60,273 nt of DNA, filler included, from Sphacelaria rigidula (GCA_964200075.2; 9 parts of 9 records of this genome joined end to end with filler, not necessarily neighbours in it), one strand, 5' to 3'; shown: positions 12,607 through 24,793, counted from the whole stretch's first letter. Numbers and translations are program-made. Notes: generated from the sequence alone by a model not told the origin.

Positions 12607-13317
12607 AGCTGGGGATTCTTTCGAAGGAGATCGAGAGAGAGATGGTAAGGAAGGGCGGATGGAGGAGTAAGAGTGGTCGGGTAAGGTACTAGTAGTGCCG
12701 TTATTCGGAGTTCGTAGCGACATGACGAGAATGGAGTTAAAAAAGAAATGCTATGGAGTTGGATAATACTGTTTGGCAGAAGGAAAAGTGGAAAGGGAGG
12801 GAGAACACTTCCGAGTCACAGTAAAGCAGGGAGCGAGCAAGGAGTGGGAAAGGATAGAAACGAGTAAGGTATCGGCATGGGTTAGAAGGGTAGGATGGAG
12901 AGTATGCATTTCTAACGGAATAACAAACCTAAGACATGGTGCACGGGCAAACGGAGGGAAAGAGAGGCAGGAATAGGTAAATGCCCGGAAGGGGAAGGAG
13001 AGGGGACACAGCGCCCCGAAGAAAAAAACAACGTCCAAACCGGCAAGGGGCAGAACAATCAAGCAAGGGGAAATAGAAGTAAGAGACACGGGAAGGGGAT
13101 ACGAGACCACAAGAGAGCAGGTAATGATTCGGAAAGGAAGCTGAGAGTAGGATCGTGGAACGTGTGTGGATTCGCTACAGGCAAGCGCAAACGAGAAGAG
13201 ATAGCGCAACAAGTGAGTAAACACGACCTAGATAAAGTAGGAATTCAAGAGTCATGGGAGAAAGAGGGGGTGGAAATATGATGCAAAGTTGAAGAGTACG
13301 CATGGATAGGGAAAAAG
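12607..13317 (+). mobile_element. Decayed non-LTR retrotransposon (LINE), including the start of an APE-type endonuclease at 13141-13317; truncated by the contig end
   Basis: Translation LRVGSWNVCGFATGKRKREEIAQQVSKHDLDKVGIQESWEKEGVEI*CKVEEYAWIGKK has the APE N-terminal WNVxG and DxxGxQE motifs plus an internal stop. 12607-12675 recurs at 20145-20213. Confidence 0.8.
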
Positions 13318-13427
13318 NNNNNNNNNNNNNNNNNNNNNNNNNNNNNNNNNNNNNNNNNNNNTTAATTAATTAANNNNNNNNNNNNNNNNNNNNNNNNNNN
13401 NNNNNNNNNNNNNNNNNAATGTGATGG

Positions 13428-13488
<61 letters not shown>
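13428..13488 (+). repeat. (AAT)n microsatellite
   Basis: Direct reading of the sequence. Confidence 0.97.
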
Positions 13489-13489
<1 letters not shown>

Positions 13490-14171
13490 TCGACTGCGTC
13501 AATCTGATCTATTGTTCGACGTGGTTGAAAAATCTGCAGTCATGTTTTTGAGGGGGATTTTTTTCTCCCTCATAAGATTTTGGGCAAATCTCAAAAAAAT
13601 ACCACCGTTGATAACGACCCCTCATCGTCACGGTATATGAAAAACCTGTTTCGGGGTGAGGTATCTCGTGCCACTGTCCGAAACGCTCACCACTACGCTC
13701 ATCGTTCGAACACACCACCGAGGAATCTGCAGCAGAGGAAAATAAATTACACTCCTTACACTGCTCTTCATCACACAAGTTTTCGTTCTATATTTGAGTT
13801 TGCGAGTCGCGAGACAGAAATTGATATCTAACTGCACAAATTTCTCAAGTCGTGATGTAAGCGACGGTTAGCATCTCCAGCAGAGCCAGCACAGAGCACG
13901 GGGACAACACGGACGGGCTCGACGCGATGCCACGTGGGAGTTAAAAAAGTGGTCACCACAAACAACGAGAAAATAATTGGCGTGAGCGACCACCTCGCAA
14001 CCATCAGCTTCCTTTTGGGCAGGAGTCAACCCTATCGATGGGGTTGCCGAGAACGACAAGGCCTCACGCCGAAGATACTGCTCACGGTGCATCATCCACC
14101 TCACTGCGTGGGCATGATCAAAAACAATATCCGACACGCCACCTCGTCACGTTTTGTTGCTCCTGTCTCAC

Positions 14172-14693
14172 CTCCGTTTCGGTCGTCCACGCCTCGCAGT
14201 ATCTGCCAGAATCCGCTGCCCTAGCACAGACACCACGCTCGTAGGTGAGGCCGTCGTGGGTTATTGTGCAGCTCCATGAGGTGCAGTACTCCAGGTCACG
14301 ATCGTCTTGAGTGCAAGAGCATTTTGTCGACGCGGTCAGTTCGGTGGAGCAACCACCCGATTGTAAGCGCCGCAAGCGCCGCCTGGAACCATCTGAACCG
14401 ACCTTACTGCTGGCGACACCTGAGATATAGCCGCAGTACTCGGCATTTACAACCTCCACACCGTTGCAAACCCAGTCCTTGCAGTATCGGCCCCCCGTGG
14501 ACGTGTCGAAACAGTAGCAGTTGTCAATGATGTCTCCATCACCGATAACCTGCGGCTGATTTGCGTTCCATTGCCAGCATATTACCCCGTCTTCGGCGTC
14601 GGGATCGGTCGTGGTAGTGGTAGCGCTCGACGATACGAGGCCCTCGGATTGCCATTTCTGGCACCGGTCGTATGTCGGCTCCCCGACGTCGAC
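14172..14693 (-). CDS. Exon 2 of a secreted Cys/Trp-repeat protein (unknown function)
   Basis: Polypyrimidine acceptor TTTTTTCCGCACAG|GTC and donor GAG|GTGAGA. 522 nt, phase 0-0, open frame, three CxC..(G)RYC..W(xC) repeats. Confidence 0.8.
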
Positions 14694-14989
14694 CTGTGCG
14701 GAAAAAAAATGGAGAAGACATCCGGCGAACGTTGATGGCACACACGGAAAGCATACGACTCAGTGCACGCGCACAAATTTACAACTCGAGCACTTGAGGG
14801 TGCAGGCGTAAACAGGTACCAATACCGGAAGCAATGTCTCCACCCTAGCAAGTAATGTCGCAGGAGATGATGACCGATTAGTTCTCCCGGTGGTTGTTGG
14901 GTCAGGTCGGCCGTTTCTTTATTTCCTTTGCTTTTGTTGACTTTTTTTCCCATTATTTCTTCTTGTTTTTGTTACGTCTTAGTCGACTA

Positions 14990-15122
14990 TGTCGTTCTGT
15001 TCGACTTTTTTTCTGTTGCTCTTTTTTTTTCAGCGAGAGTTTTAGTTTTGTTTTTCTTGGGTACATTCATCAAGAGACCACGGCTGGACCCCTGGGGGGT
15101 GAGTCAAAGTGCGACAATCAGT
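14990..15122 (+). repeat. Retroelement 3'-end fragment (also at about 17800-17917)
   Basis: Both copies have T-rich sequence, then GAGACCACGGCTGGACCCCT.GGGG..AGT.AAAGTGCGACAATCA. Confidence 0.75.
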
Positions 15123-15297
15123 CGATCATGCCGATTAGAGCACGGGTGAATACTCTAATATCCACTGGCCTACGAGCTGTGCACCGAAAAAATATGCGTG
15201 GAATCGAGATTTCCTGGCGACGGACACGGAACGCGCATGTGGGCCATACCTCCAGTGCTTTCGTTACCGTGTATACATGGCTTACACAATCGACCTT

Positions 15298-15850
15298 CAG
15301 TAGAGGGTGCTCCAACTATTCGTTTTATGGCATTATGTGATTTTTTCTTAGTTGGCAATTTTCCTGTGCTCTTTTCGCTCGCCACTGCTCATCACATCAA
15401 GGATCTGAAGATATTTGCATCCGCTCCACGTTCCAAGACAAAAATAGCCATCTGTACTCAATGTTGAGTGACTCACGGGCTGAGCGGTCATCGGGGTTCC
15501 TGCCACGTTTCAGCCCAGATTGTTACTCTTCAGTATTTTCGGTCGATCGAGCCTGTCCCGGGCATATTTGTGAAGAAATGCAAACTTTAATTTTCTTGAA
15601 AAAATTTCCTACTGATTGCGCTAGAGTCGAAAAACTTTGCTTCACGGTCAATAACACCCTCCTGATAAACGGGGGATTTATTCGTATCGCCCGAGAACAG
15701 CAACTGACACTGACCTGGGCACTGTGTGTCGAAGATAACCTGTTTGTCGCACCAAAATTTACCGACGCTAGCAATTTCGATTTTTATCGAAGAGTAGTAC
15801 GCGAGTAAAACCCCAAAACACCCCTGAATAGTTGGACCGCCCCAATACTG
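15298..15850. mobile_element. Tc1/mariner-type MITE family A (diverged copy, in the intron of the secreted-protein gene)
   Basis: CAGTAGAGGGTGCTCCAACTATTC...GAATAGTTGGACCGCCCCAATACTG|TA. The internal sequence is collinear with 38416-38971. Confidence 0.85.
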
Positions 15851-15893
15851 TAGGCTTCGAAATAATCACTCGGTCTTGTGCATATCTCTTCAC

Positions 15894-16064
15894 CTTCGGG
15901 AGCCCACCGAGGTATTTCCCGTCTTCGTCGAAGTATCCTGCGTCTTCTTTCAACTCCTGGTCGGTAGACGGATACGGCGGGAGTTCTCCATTAACGAACA
16001 ACATCGCTGCGGGTAACACCAGGAACAGCACTGCCTGCATAGTTTCTCGCCTTCGGATCGGCAT
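15894..16064 (-). CDS. Exon 1 (signal peptide) of the secreted Cys/Trp-repeat protein; ATG at 16064 or 16040
   Basis: MQAVLFLVLPAAMLFVNG hydrophobic leader, then ELPPYPSTDQELKEDAGYFDEDGKYLGGLPK|GTGAAG. The phase-0 donor is compatible with exon 14172-14693. Confidence 0.7.
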
Positions 16065-17170
16065 CGTGGGAGCGTGCGTAATGGTCTCGACAAGCTACGT
16101 CCTGTTCAACACCTGGCCACCGCACGCGTAATATCCACAGCATCGGGTGAATGGGGAAGATGGTGTCAGTGATGGCGTGTACACGTATATGTCGTTGTAG
16201 GAGAGGCCTCGTTTATGATATCCCCGTCCGAATGTCCCACGCGTGAGTATGGGTGTCGGTGAACGATGGTTTATAATGTGTACAAAACATCAGGTCGCAG
16301 TCATGGAAAACTTCGAGTATGCGGTACTGGCGGGTGATCAGAGTCCGCGCAGGTTGAGTTTGATATGATCCCCATGTTGGAGGTACCCATTTACGCCTTT
16401 CCCCTGTCTTGCTTTTTCCCCCAGCGCCCTGCTCGCTCTACTCCACACTTGGATGCTCATCTTCCGCGTTGAAGTTGGGCCGTATGCATCTCGGAAATAT
16501 TCGCATCTTGCGCATGAACCGACATCGTTTGTAAATTCGTAGACGAGATCGCACCAGGGTGCGTTGAATGGACGACATGTTCCCTCGTCCACGTCGGCAC
16601 ACTTCATCTACGGAGACGATGGACGCTGCAGGAACTACGACGCCGTCGGAGTTGATGACAAAGGGTCTCACGCTCGATTTCAGGATGATATCACATTGAA
16701 AAAGCGCTTGGGGGGGTCGCACTGCAGCCGCCGTCCTGCTCGAGTACGACCACGGGGGTGAAGATAACTCCCTTGTAGAGGATAGAGTCCTCTCCAACGA
16801 AACACATAGCAAGGATGAGTGTCATCATAGCCCTCGTGCGCACGGCATATCACCCGTCACGTTCTATGAGTGCAAGTGAGGATGTATACCGTACTCTCGG
16901 CTGCTTCAATCATCGACATCGTGGTGAAGATTGCGTCTTGTGATGACGGTAGTGAACCAAGTGTTTTCGGCGCAGAGCTTCGAGTGAATCAAGGTCGTTT
17001 CAGCTGCTTCGTGCAGGGGATGGTTGTCAGTCGTCAGCATCGACTTTGGAGCATCGTAACATGGAACATCGTGGCATAACATGGCAGTACAATGCCGTTA
17101 AGTCGGCGTCTTCAATGCGTCGGGAGTGGGCTACGGTGATACATCCGCTGGGAACTGTAAAATGTTCATA

Positions 17171-17360
17171 CCCTTGGACAATATTTAGTCAAAAGATGCA
17201 ATAGACGAAAAATGTACTGCACAAAGTACGGGTCTGTTGCAACTGACGAACAATGTACTGCACAAAGTAAGGGTCTACTGCGACAGTTGTTGCAATAGAC
17301 CCGTACTTTGTTCAGTACATTTTTCGTCTATTGCATTTTCTGACTATTTTGTCCAAGGTG
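17171..17360. mobile_element. Small foldback MITE with TA flanks
   Basis: TA|C(A)CCTTGGACAA...AGTCA..AGATGCAATAGACGAAAAATGTACTG inverted as CAGTACATTTTTCGTCTATTGCATTTTCTGACT...TTGTCCAAGGTG|TA, with an internal duplicated subunit. Confidence 0.85.
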
Positions 17361-19588
17361 TAATAATGTTGCCACGATTTTCAAGATGCGTCACCTACCG
17401 TGTCACGTACTGAATACGTTCAAAAACTTACACGTGAAATAGTATGCTACCCCGTAGCGAGTATGCTGCACATTCTCTCGGAAAATAGAGCTTCGCGTCC
17501 ATCTCACCCACGGCCTCCTACTCGACTCGCTTGTGTCTTGTTGATGCATCTTCTCAGGTGTCCACGTCAGGCAACGCGAAAGGTGGAAACATTTCATTGT
17601 TGTTTGCGCCTTGCTAAACGCCTCCATATTTTTCAAAATAATGACCAATTTCGCACGCTTCAACTTTCGCGTTGCACACTTGATTGCGTATTCCGTCATG
17701 TGCATCGAACCCGCCATGCTCACGACGTAAATTCACATGTTCACGTCTCCATTATCACAACTCAGGGCGTGTAACACGGGGTAAACGACATTATTATCGA
17801 CACTCTTCCTGTTCCTTTTTTTTCTCAGAGCGTGTTTCAGTTTCGTTTTTCTTGGGTGCGTCTATCACGAGACCACGGCTGGACCCCTCGGGGGTCAGTT
17901 AAAGTGCGACAATCAATGAAAAACTCAAGATACAGAGACAAAGACACTAGCTGCGGATAGCGGAGAGGCATGTCCACAAGTGCGCCCAAAACCAACGATG
18001 TTGTTTACCGTACAGCATCGCAACCGCCACGCAGAGAAAAACTGCACCTATTTCACTACAACAGGTGGCGAAAAACCACGCCTTCGCGAGAGGTGACGAG
18101 CATATTTTCGGCCTCCAACGAACGCTGATATTATTTATTTGTCGGCTCCTGTAACGGATCGTGGTGATCAGCAACAAATCCAACCATAGTTACAACATCG
18201 ACGTCCCCTACGGCAACACACGGAAACTCCCACATGTGTGTAGTACATTTTACGTCAGGCGGTACCACGCGTTTTGAGTGTCGTGCGATCGGATTTCAGA
18301 TGGCAACATGGAAAATGACAGCGATACTTGGGCAATGACTGAAGAAGGTTCGGCGAGTCTGAAGCTTTTGTAGTCGTCGTGATCATCTTCCAAGTCTGCT
18401 GACCCCACCATATCTTGTTGGAGGGTTTATAAAAAAACCATAACCCCAAATCAAGCGCAAGGGTGCTCCAGTATAATGGGGTCTCAGCTTAGTGCGGTGG
18501 GTCGCAGGCCATGACCGCACCGTGCGGGGTTTCCGCACCATCCCTGTATACGGTAAAGATACAACTACTTTAATAGGAGAGCGGAATGGACTAACGCCCG
18601 GCGATGTTGACTGTTTTCTGGTGTTCATTGTCCTTCCTCTGAAGAGTATTGGACGTTTTGTCCAACCTGTTTACGACGTACGTCAACTATCTTTCAACCA
18701 AGACTGTCACCCACACGAATCGGTTCATGTCTGACACACATGATCAGTCTCGGAGATTATCGCTTCCCGCGACAACGTGTGCACATTCAGTCCTCAAATC
18801 TAGAGTCATGCGCCATAATCGACAAGGCAATAGTTCTCCACATATATACCATCATTCACATAGACTCGTTCCGCCGAAGGTGTCCGTCAACGGGGTCAAC
18901 GTTAACCCTTCGATCCCCCAGACCCCGAAGTGGACGTCATCTTGTCAAGAAATATTCTCGGGAGGAGGACGACTTCCACGCCGTCACGAGTGTTGTCATG
19001 AACATGAAATGTTTTACGATCTTTCGTGTACACCGAAACACTGGCCGTTCCAGTGCGGTACTAGAATAAGTACTTGAGGAACGGTGCCGTGACAGTCCCG
19101 CCAGCTGTAGACATAAAAGTCATCGACAAGACGAGGGGAGGAAACATGGACACAGACAAACATACAGGAATCGATCCCACTCAACCGCGGCAACAGGCGG
19201 GGGGTGGCTGTATGCCAATTGGCTACACAATTCATATTCCAGTTTTCCCCCCCAGAAACTCCAGTCAACTGGTTGTTCGAATCACGTCCACTTACGCCTA
19301 CAAAAACCATCCTGCGAAACATCGTCGCGCTTACAGGGCCCACCACCAAAGCTCGGGAGGGTTAGGATGAGCGGCCAAAAAGCTCAAAATATTTCTGGCT
19401 TGGTTTGCTCAAAATGAGCGCAATCAAAGAGTGAGAGTCAGGCTGCTCGTCACGTGTCCGGGCGCTCGAAGGGTTGACGACATGTGCCCGGCGCAGTCAC
19501 CGATATGAAACGCAGAAAACGAGGACCCCGTGGGAAAAGGCGATATGTACAGAGTGTTCGGCAAAACGCGCATCGATATTGCAGAGGC

Positions 19589-19591
<3 letters not shown>

Positions 19592-19666
<75 letters not shown>

Positions 19667-20014
19667 GTCCCATTTATTTTGGGCGCCAGTCTACCCGTTT
19701 CAGGATATGTGGGCGCATCAGCCGGGGTTACACAGGACGAAGGTCAACACCGGAGCTTTTCCTTCTCCTATTTATTTTTAATACCCCACCTTCCTCCTGC
19801 GGTGATTGCCTTTTTTTTTTATCGCGAGAGTAGTTCAGCAGTCCCTTTCCCTCGTCGACCGTCAAGTCAAATTTTGTGTACCCACGACATTAAGTCGCTC
19901 TCCACTGTTGGGCATGGTGTAAGAAAAAATCCCAGATCGCTCCGGGTATCGAACCCCACAATTCAACCGTCAGATGGTTACGAGGTTACCAACTGAGCTA
20001 CCGGGGCGACCGGT
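19592..20014 (-). mobile_element. Full-length tRNA-derived SINE with (CA)n tail
   Basis: Minus strand: CCGGTCGCCCCGGTAGCTCAGTTGGT (A-box)...GGTTCGATACC (B-box), body, then a (CA)n tail at 19592-19665. Possible TSD CAAGTG. The head recurs at 46813-46857 and the 3' part at 58418-58650. Confidence 0.85.
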
Positions 20015-21002
20015 CAAGTGGGCGCNNNNNNNNNNNNNNNNNNNNNNNNNNNNNNNNNNNNNNNNNNNNTTAATTAATTAANNNNNNNNNNNNNNNNNNN
20101 NNNNNNNNNNNNNNNNNNNNNNNNNCAATGCAATGAAACTGAAAAAGCTGGAGATTCTTTCGAAGGAGATCGAGAAAGAGACGGTAAGGAAGGGCGGATG
20201 GAGGAGTAAAGAGTGTACCTCGAGCACATAAGTACCGACTCCCCGAATACTGGACATACCAGAGTACCTGAAGTATCGACAGGCGAAGAACTACTGAGAA
20301 TTTCAGAGTACCTGGAGTATCGAGTGGGGAAAATACTGGGTATTGTAGGGTACCCGAGGTATGGACTTGCGAAAAAATACGCAGTACTTCAGGGTACCTG
20401 GGGTATGGACCCCGAAAACTATTGATTATTTCGAGTTCCCCGCAGTACCTACACGCAAAGTCTGGACAATTAGCTCCTGGTTATAGTATAGTGAGTGTAC
20501 AGTTGTGAACACACATCAAGGAGATTGTCGTCAGGGTGGTACAGAGCACAGGACAAGCTGTACTGTAGCGCAAGTATTACATATAGTTTAACTTCGAATA
20601 TTCGGTACCACCTCGTGAACTTTCAAACTTCCGCCAGACTTCACACTTCGGGCGCAGCGCAACGTCGAGGCTTTAAGCCTCACGGGTATCACCTTCAGCT
20701 CACACGCGTTCACCCAACCCCGAACAAGCACGTCGTCCGCCACTTGAACGCAGATTTTGCCGGGTCAAGCAATACCGGCCGGCGGCTGGTAAGGGCAAAA
20801 GGCCCAAGCAAACCAGATCATCAATGAATCCAAAAGTACTAGTCCAGTACGTTATCATGAGGCTAAGTGGTGTGCAAATTTCTGCAGATCGCAGTAGGTA
20901 TCCAGTACAGAGAACAGCGCATGCCACTCATGGATACTCAGTACCGAGTATAAGTGCGGCATGCTTTGGATCGCGCATGTGCATCAGTGACGGCGGCGGC
21001 GG

Positions 21003-21003
21003 T

Positions 21004-21051
<48 letters not shown>

Positions 21052-21062
21052 GCAGCGGCAGC
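21003..21062 (+). repeat. (CAG)n microsatellite
   Basis: Direct reading of the sequence. Confidence 0.95.
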
Positions 21063-21683
21063 ACAGCTCGAGTAGGGCCGCTGACCCCGTCGCGGCTGCA
21101 TTCATATTGTTGATGATTTTCAAACTGGTTAGTCTCATACTAAAATGCAAACATAGGATGTGTATTGCGCACTTATTTTGCTGTTTTCAAAAAGTGGGCT
21201 CTCGAGGAGTACGTAATACTGAGTACTCCAGAGTACCTGGAGTGTGTCATAAGACCCAGCGGCGGTATTGGATTCCTACCTGCTGGCAGATGGATTTATG
21301 AGAATCTGAGATCCTTCCCAGACCCGAGGAGGTGTCCTTCGTTGTACTTTCATGATGCGACCGTCCCTTGACATGGATGCACCCCACCCCCTTGCAGGAT
21401 GAGAGGTAGGCACGAGCCCTTCCCCCAAAACCTGTTCACTCTCGAGCAATCTCCCGCCTACGGGACTGACACCAGCTTAGTACTACGCGAGTAAGAGCAT
21501 CGAACGAGAGAAACAAAAGCTATCAACAGCGTGAGTCCATCCTTGTTTGGCCGACAGGCACAACGTGACCTATCCCGTGAACGTTTGTTTCGAAAAAGAC
21601 AACTGCAGGGTTTGTAACATTTTCACACTGGCGTCGACGGTGGGACAGCATGTAAAGATCTAGACAAAGCAACACTATAGAAA

Positions 21684-22077
21684 GGGTCTTGCTATTTACG
21701 TCAACGTTGACGTAATCTGTTACATCCGTCAACGTTCAGCATCCGTCCCACAAGCCCCGCATGGACATAGCAACACATGGAAAACACTCACACAGTCTCT
21801 AGCTATCATTCAAGCCATCGCACGGAGCAAACGGACCCGTAATGGATGGGATACATGCATGATGCATGGTGGCATGCCACAAGAGTGCTCACTCTGCCAT
21901 AAGCATGTATCCCATCCGTTACAGGCCCGTTTGCTCCGTGCGATGGCTTGAACGATAGCTAGAGACTGTGTGAGTGTTTTCCATGTGTTGCTGTGTCCAT
22001 GTGGGGCTTGTGGGACGGATGCTGAACGTTGACGGATGTAACAGATTACGTCAACGTTGACGTAAATAGCAAGACCC
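21684..22077. mobile_element. MULE-like non-autonomous foldback element (~175-bp TIRs, 9-bp TSD)
   Basis: GGGTCTTGCTATTTACGTCAACG...CGTTGACGTAAATAGCAAGACCC with near-perfect arms. Flanks are CTATAGAAA (21675-21683) and CTGTAGAAA (22078-22086). Confidence 0.9.
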
Positions 22078-23042
22078 CTGTAGAAACACTATCCTAGCGT
22101 AAATGGAGTATCGGCAGCCGAAGTACTGAGGATCACAGAGGGCGTGGAAAAATGACTCATGCAAAGCACTGAGTACCCCACAGTACCTGTCGTGTGCACG
22201 GCTTGCTACTTGGTTTAAGGAGTACGATAGCCAGTACCTCGGGCTTCTGAAGGATGGACACTCCGAAATACGTGGTGTTCCCATCATCAACGAAATCAAT
22301 TAACCGATGTCAGTCTTGCGAGTATCGACTGCCAAGAGCATCGAGTGTTGCAGGGTATACTTGCAGTATAGTCTGCCTGAAATACAGAGACGTCTAGGGT
22401 ACGTGATAAAGTATTGACTGCCCAAAGCACTGGAAGTTACAGCGGTATCGACACCCCTGATTACCCGTACTTGCACTTTACCTTGTATCCTAGGCACGAA
22501 ACTCATACATGGGGATGATTTCGTAGTGAAATAAACTATTTGCGCGAAGCACGATTCTGGCCGAGCGTTCAAGATCAGCGCCCGACAAACACTGAGGACC
22601 CGTTCGAAATCAGGCGAAGAACAAGAACATGAGACATGTTGTGTCCTGCTTCACTGTACTGCAGCACAAACACACTCACGTCCGCTCCCATGTGCTGTAG
22701 CGATCACTGTTCTGTGGTGTGTTAGCCCTTGCGAAGACGGTTTGGTCTCCGCTGAGATTGCCTGAGCTGCTGTATTGTTGTGCTTGTCTGTAAAATATAG
22801 ACTATGGTATCAGTCTGGACGCAGCTCTGTCTGTACACTTTACTGTCTGTTGAAACCTTCATGCTACCCACACTCATCGTTTGCGCGATACCGAACATGA
22901 CCGGGTAAAGAATGCCAAGAATCAAGAAGCAACTCGAAGTAAGTTGCGATTGCCCGTCCATGGATGTACACGCTCCTCTCGCGGTGAGTGATACAGACAC
23001 CATGTTCACCCAGTACAAGAAAGCACCGATCGCATCGTGCAC

Positions 23043-23222
23043 CTGATTTTCAGCTTCAATTGCGTATGAGCACGGGCCTGGCACGTAATTTTTGTCTCGA
23101 ACCACTTTGAGAGGCCCGGTCTTCTCTCGGTCTATCTGGTTCAAAGTCCCTCCGAATGAAGAAGAAGGCGCGACCTTCAGGCACTGGCGACTAGCCTTGC
23201 GAACATCATATGCTCCTGGCCC
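23043..23222 (-). CDS. Internal exon of a SHIPPO/sperm-tail PG-rich repeat protein (ODF3/STPG-like, flagellar)
   Basis: CAG|GPGAYDVRKASRQCLKVAPSSSFGGTLNQIDREKTGPLKVVRDKNYVPGPCSYAIEAENQ|GT. Two PGPGxY-type repeats, 180 nt, phase 0-0. Confidence 0.75.
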
Positions 23223-23357
23223 CTGTATGCGACAAAATCATGGAATCAATAAGGTGCGTCTACGAAATGGGAGCGAGGTATTTTCTATCTATCGTCCGAA
23301 CGGACAGCTATCGAAAGCTACGTTAGCAACGGCTAGTATGCGATCGACATACTGTAC

Positions 23358-23464
23358 CGGAGTTCTATAGCGGCACTTGGTGTCCGCACCCATGCCTGAC
23401 GCCTGGCATCCGCGGTAGGGACGGGTTTGCTGTCGTGCGGACTTTCGCTCGAGCGGCGCCGCCT
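23358..23464 (-). CDS. Upstream exon of the same SHIPPO-repeat gene
   Basis: Ends ...KCRYRTP|GTACAG, so splicing reconstitutes TPGPGAY. A further phase-compatible exon may end at 23580 (SPK G|GTGCGG). Confidence 0.55.
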
Positions 23465-24236
23465 CTGGTCACCTGTGGTAGAAGTCAACTGGCTTTTTTC
23501 GTGATCGATAGCGGCGTAACCCCGTGAGCGTCCGTTTTGAAACCGCTATTTCAAATATGTGCACGAGGATAGACCGCACCTTTTGGGGAAAGACAATTAG
23601 AGAGTAGCGACGAACGTATTATCCCGCAGCCAATCGATCTCCCCTGAGCTGTGAGTCCTGAACCTCGAAAATGGCTGCGCGCGATGCAACGAAAGTTGTG
23701 GATGAGGTCGCCCGACAGGTGCGATTCCTCATCAATCTTACTCATCGTGAGGGGGATCGGTCTGTGGCCACACGGTTAGAGAGTTCACGGCCGCATTTCG
23801 CCTGCTACTCGTGGCATGCTGCAATGTACGGCAAAACTGCTTTACGGTACAATATACCGCGGGTGCCTCGAGTTTGAGAATCCTCTGTTCGTGCGTTACT
23901 AATACTCCTCGAACGTGCGATTTCCTCATCCTTGATTCGTGCGTTTTAATGAATTTTAGCACATATGAATCAAGCACTCGACACTTATGAGGAGTCAACC
24001 CCAACGTTATTGGGCGATCTGAGCCGGCTCGAGTTCAGCAGGGTAAACTTAGTCACTTTTGGGCTTCAGAATCCCGACAAGTATCATCCGCAACTATGAG
24101 CCTTGATATTCCAACCGTCCTTTGGCGACCTTCGAAACAACGCATATATATGCATCCACCGCAACTTCGGAACATTTCTTTTTCCTGGGGCTGGCGGGTG
24201 CTATCTAGTAAATATCGCCCTCCCTCCTAAATGTAT

Positions 24237-24496
24237 CACGGTTCGGACGAATCATCGCCGGTTCGAATCACCAAATCCACGATTTTTCAGGCCTGATGGC
24301 TCGAAAGAGAGAAAAAAAGTACATCGCTGGTCAAAAAAGTCCCCACGCGATTTTCGCGCGATTCCACGTGCCCAGGGTGCGCGTACCTGGGTTGTAAACG
24401 CTGAAAACAAAACCCATGGATTGATTCATACAGTACGAATCAATTCCACTAAAATTAAGTAATTTCCACACGAGCCATTGATTCGTCCGACCCGTG
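24237..24496. mobile_element. MITE family C (CACGG termini, 8-bp TSD; hAT- or P-like)
   Basis: TIR CACGGTTCGGACGAATCA / TGATTCGTCCGACCCGTG. Flanks AAATGTAT and AAATATAT. Confidence 0.85.
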
Positions 24497-24499
24497 AAA

Positions 24500-24791
24500 T
24501 ATATATGGAGCTATTCTCAGTATCCCGTGCGTACTCCGGTGGTTCCACCAGACACCGTAGGTAAGGTAGGTACCCGGTACCGCTATTTGGGAAATGGAGC
24601 TATTTTCAGTATCCTGTGCGTACATCAGGTGGAAACCACCACAGGCACTGTAGGTATGGTACATACCCGGTACCGGTATTTGGGACATCTCATACCCTAC
24701 CGGTGCCAGTTCAATCGGCGGGTATTTTCAAATGTCATACACATACCTATACGATACCCACGATACTACGGCATTTTGAGATTTCAGTACC
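24500..24791 (+). repeat. ATACC/GGTAC-rich interspersed repeat family D (also about 26250-26420 and 38080-38290), interrupted by MITE A
   Basis: Shared GGTACCCGGTAC..TATTTGGG.CATCTCATACCCTACCG...GGGTATTTTC.AATGTCATAC blocks. The repeat resumes at 25355. Confidence 0.75.
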
Positions 24792-24793
24792 TA

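Noticed and set aside
16338..19370. Decayed gene or endogenous viral fragment upstream of the secreted-protein gene
   Set aside because: Coding-like composition but frames are broken and no recognisable motif, such as EsV-1-7 repeats, was found. BLASTX would be needed.
19474..19996. Cys/Val-rich ORFs, and poly-Q/poly-A ORFs at 20824-21301
   Set aside because: They are translations of (GT)n and (CAG)n microsatellites.
19940..20014. Functional tRNA gene (also at 6109, 37030, 46813 and 49830)
   Set aside because: A/B boxes are present but there is no complete cloverleaf or acceptor stem, and they continue into repeat bodies, so these are SINE heads.
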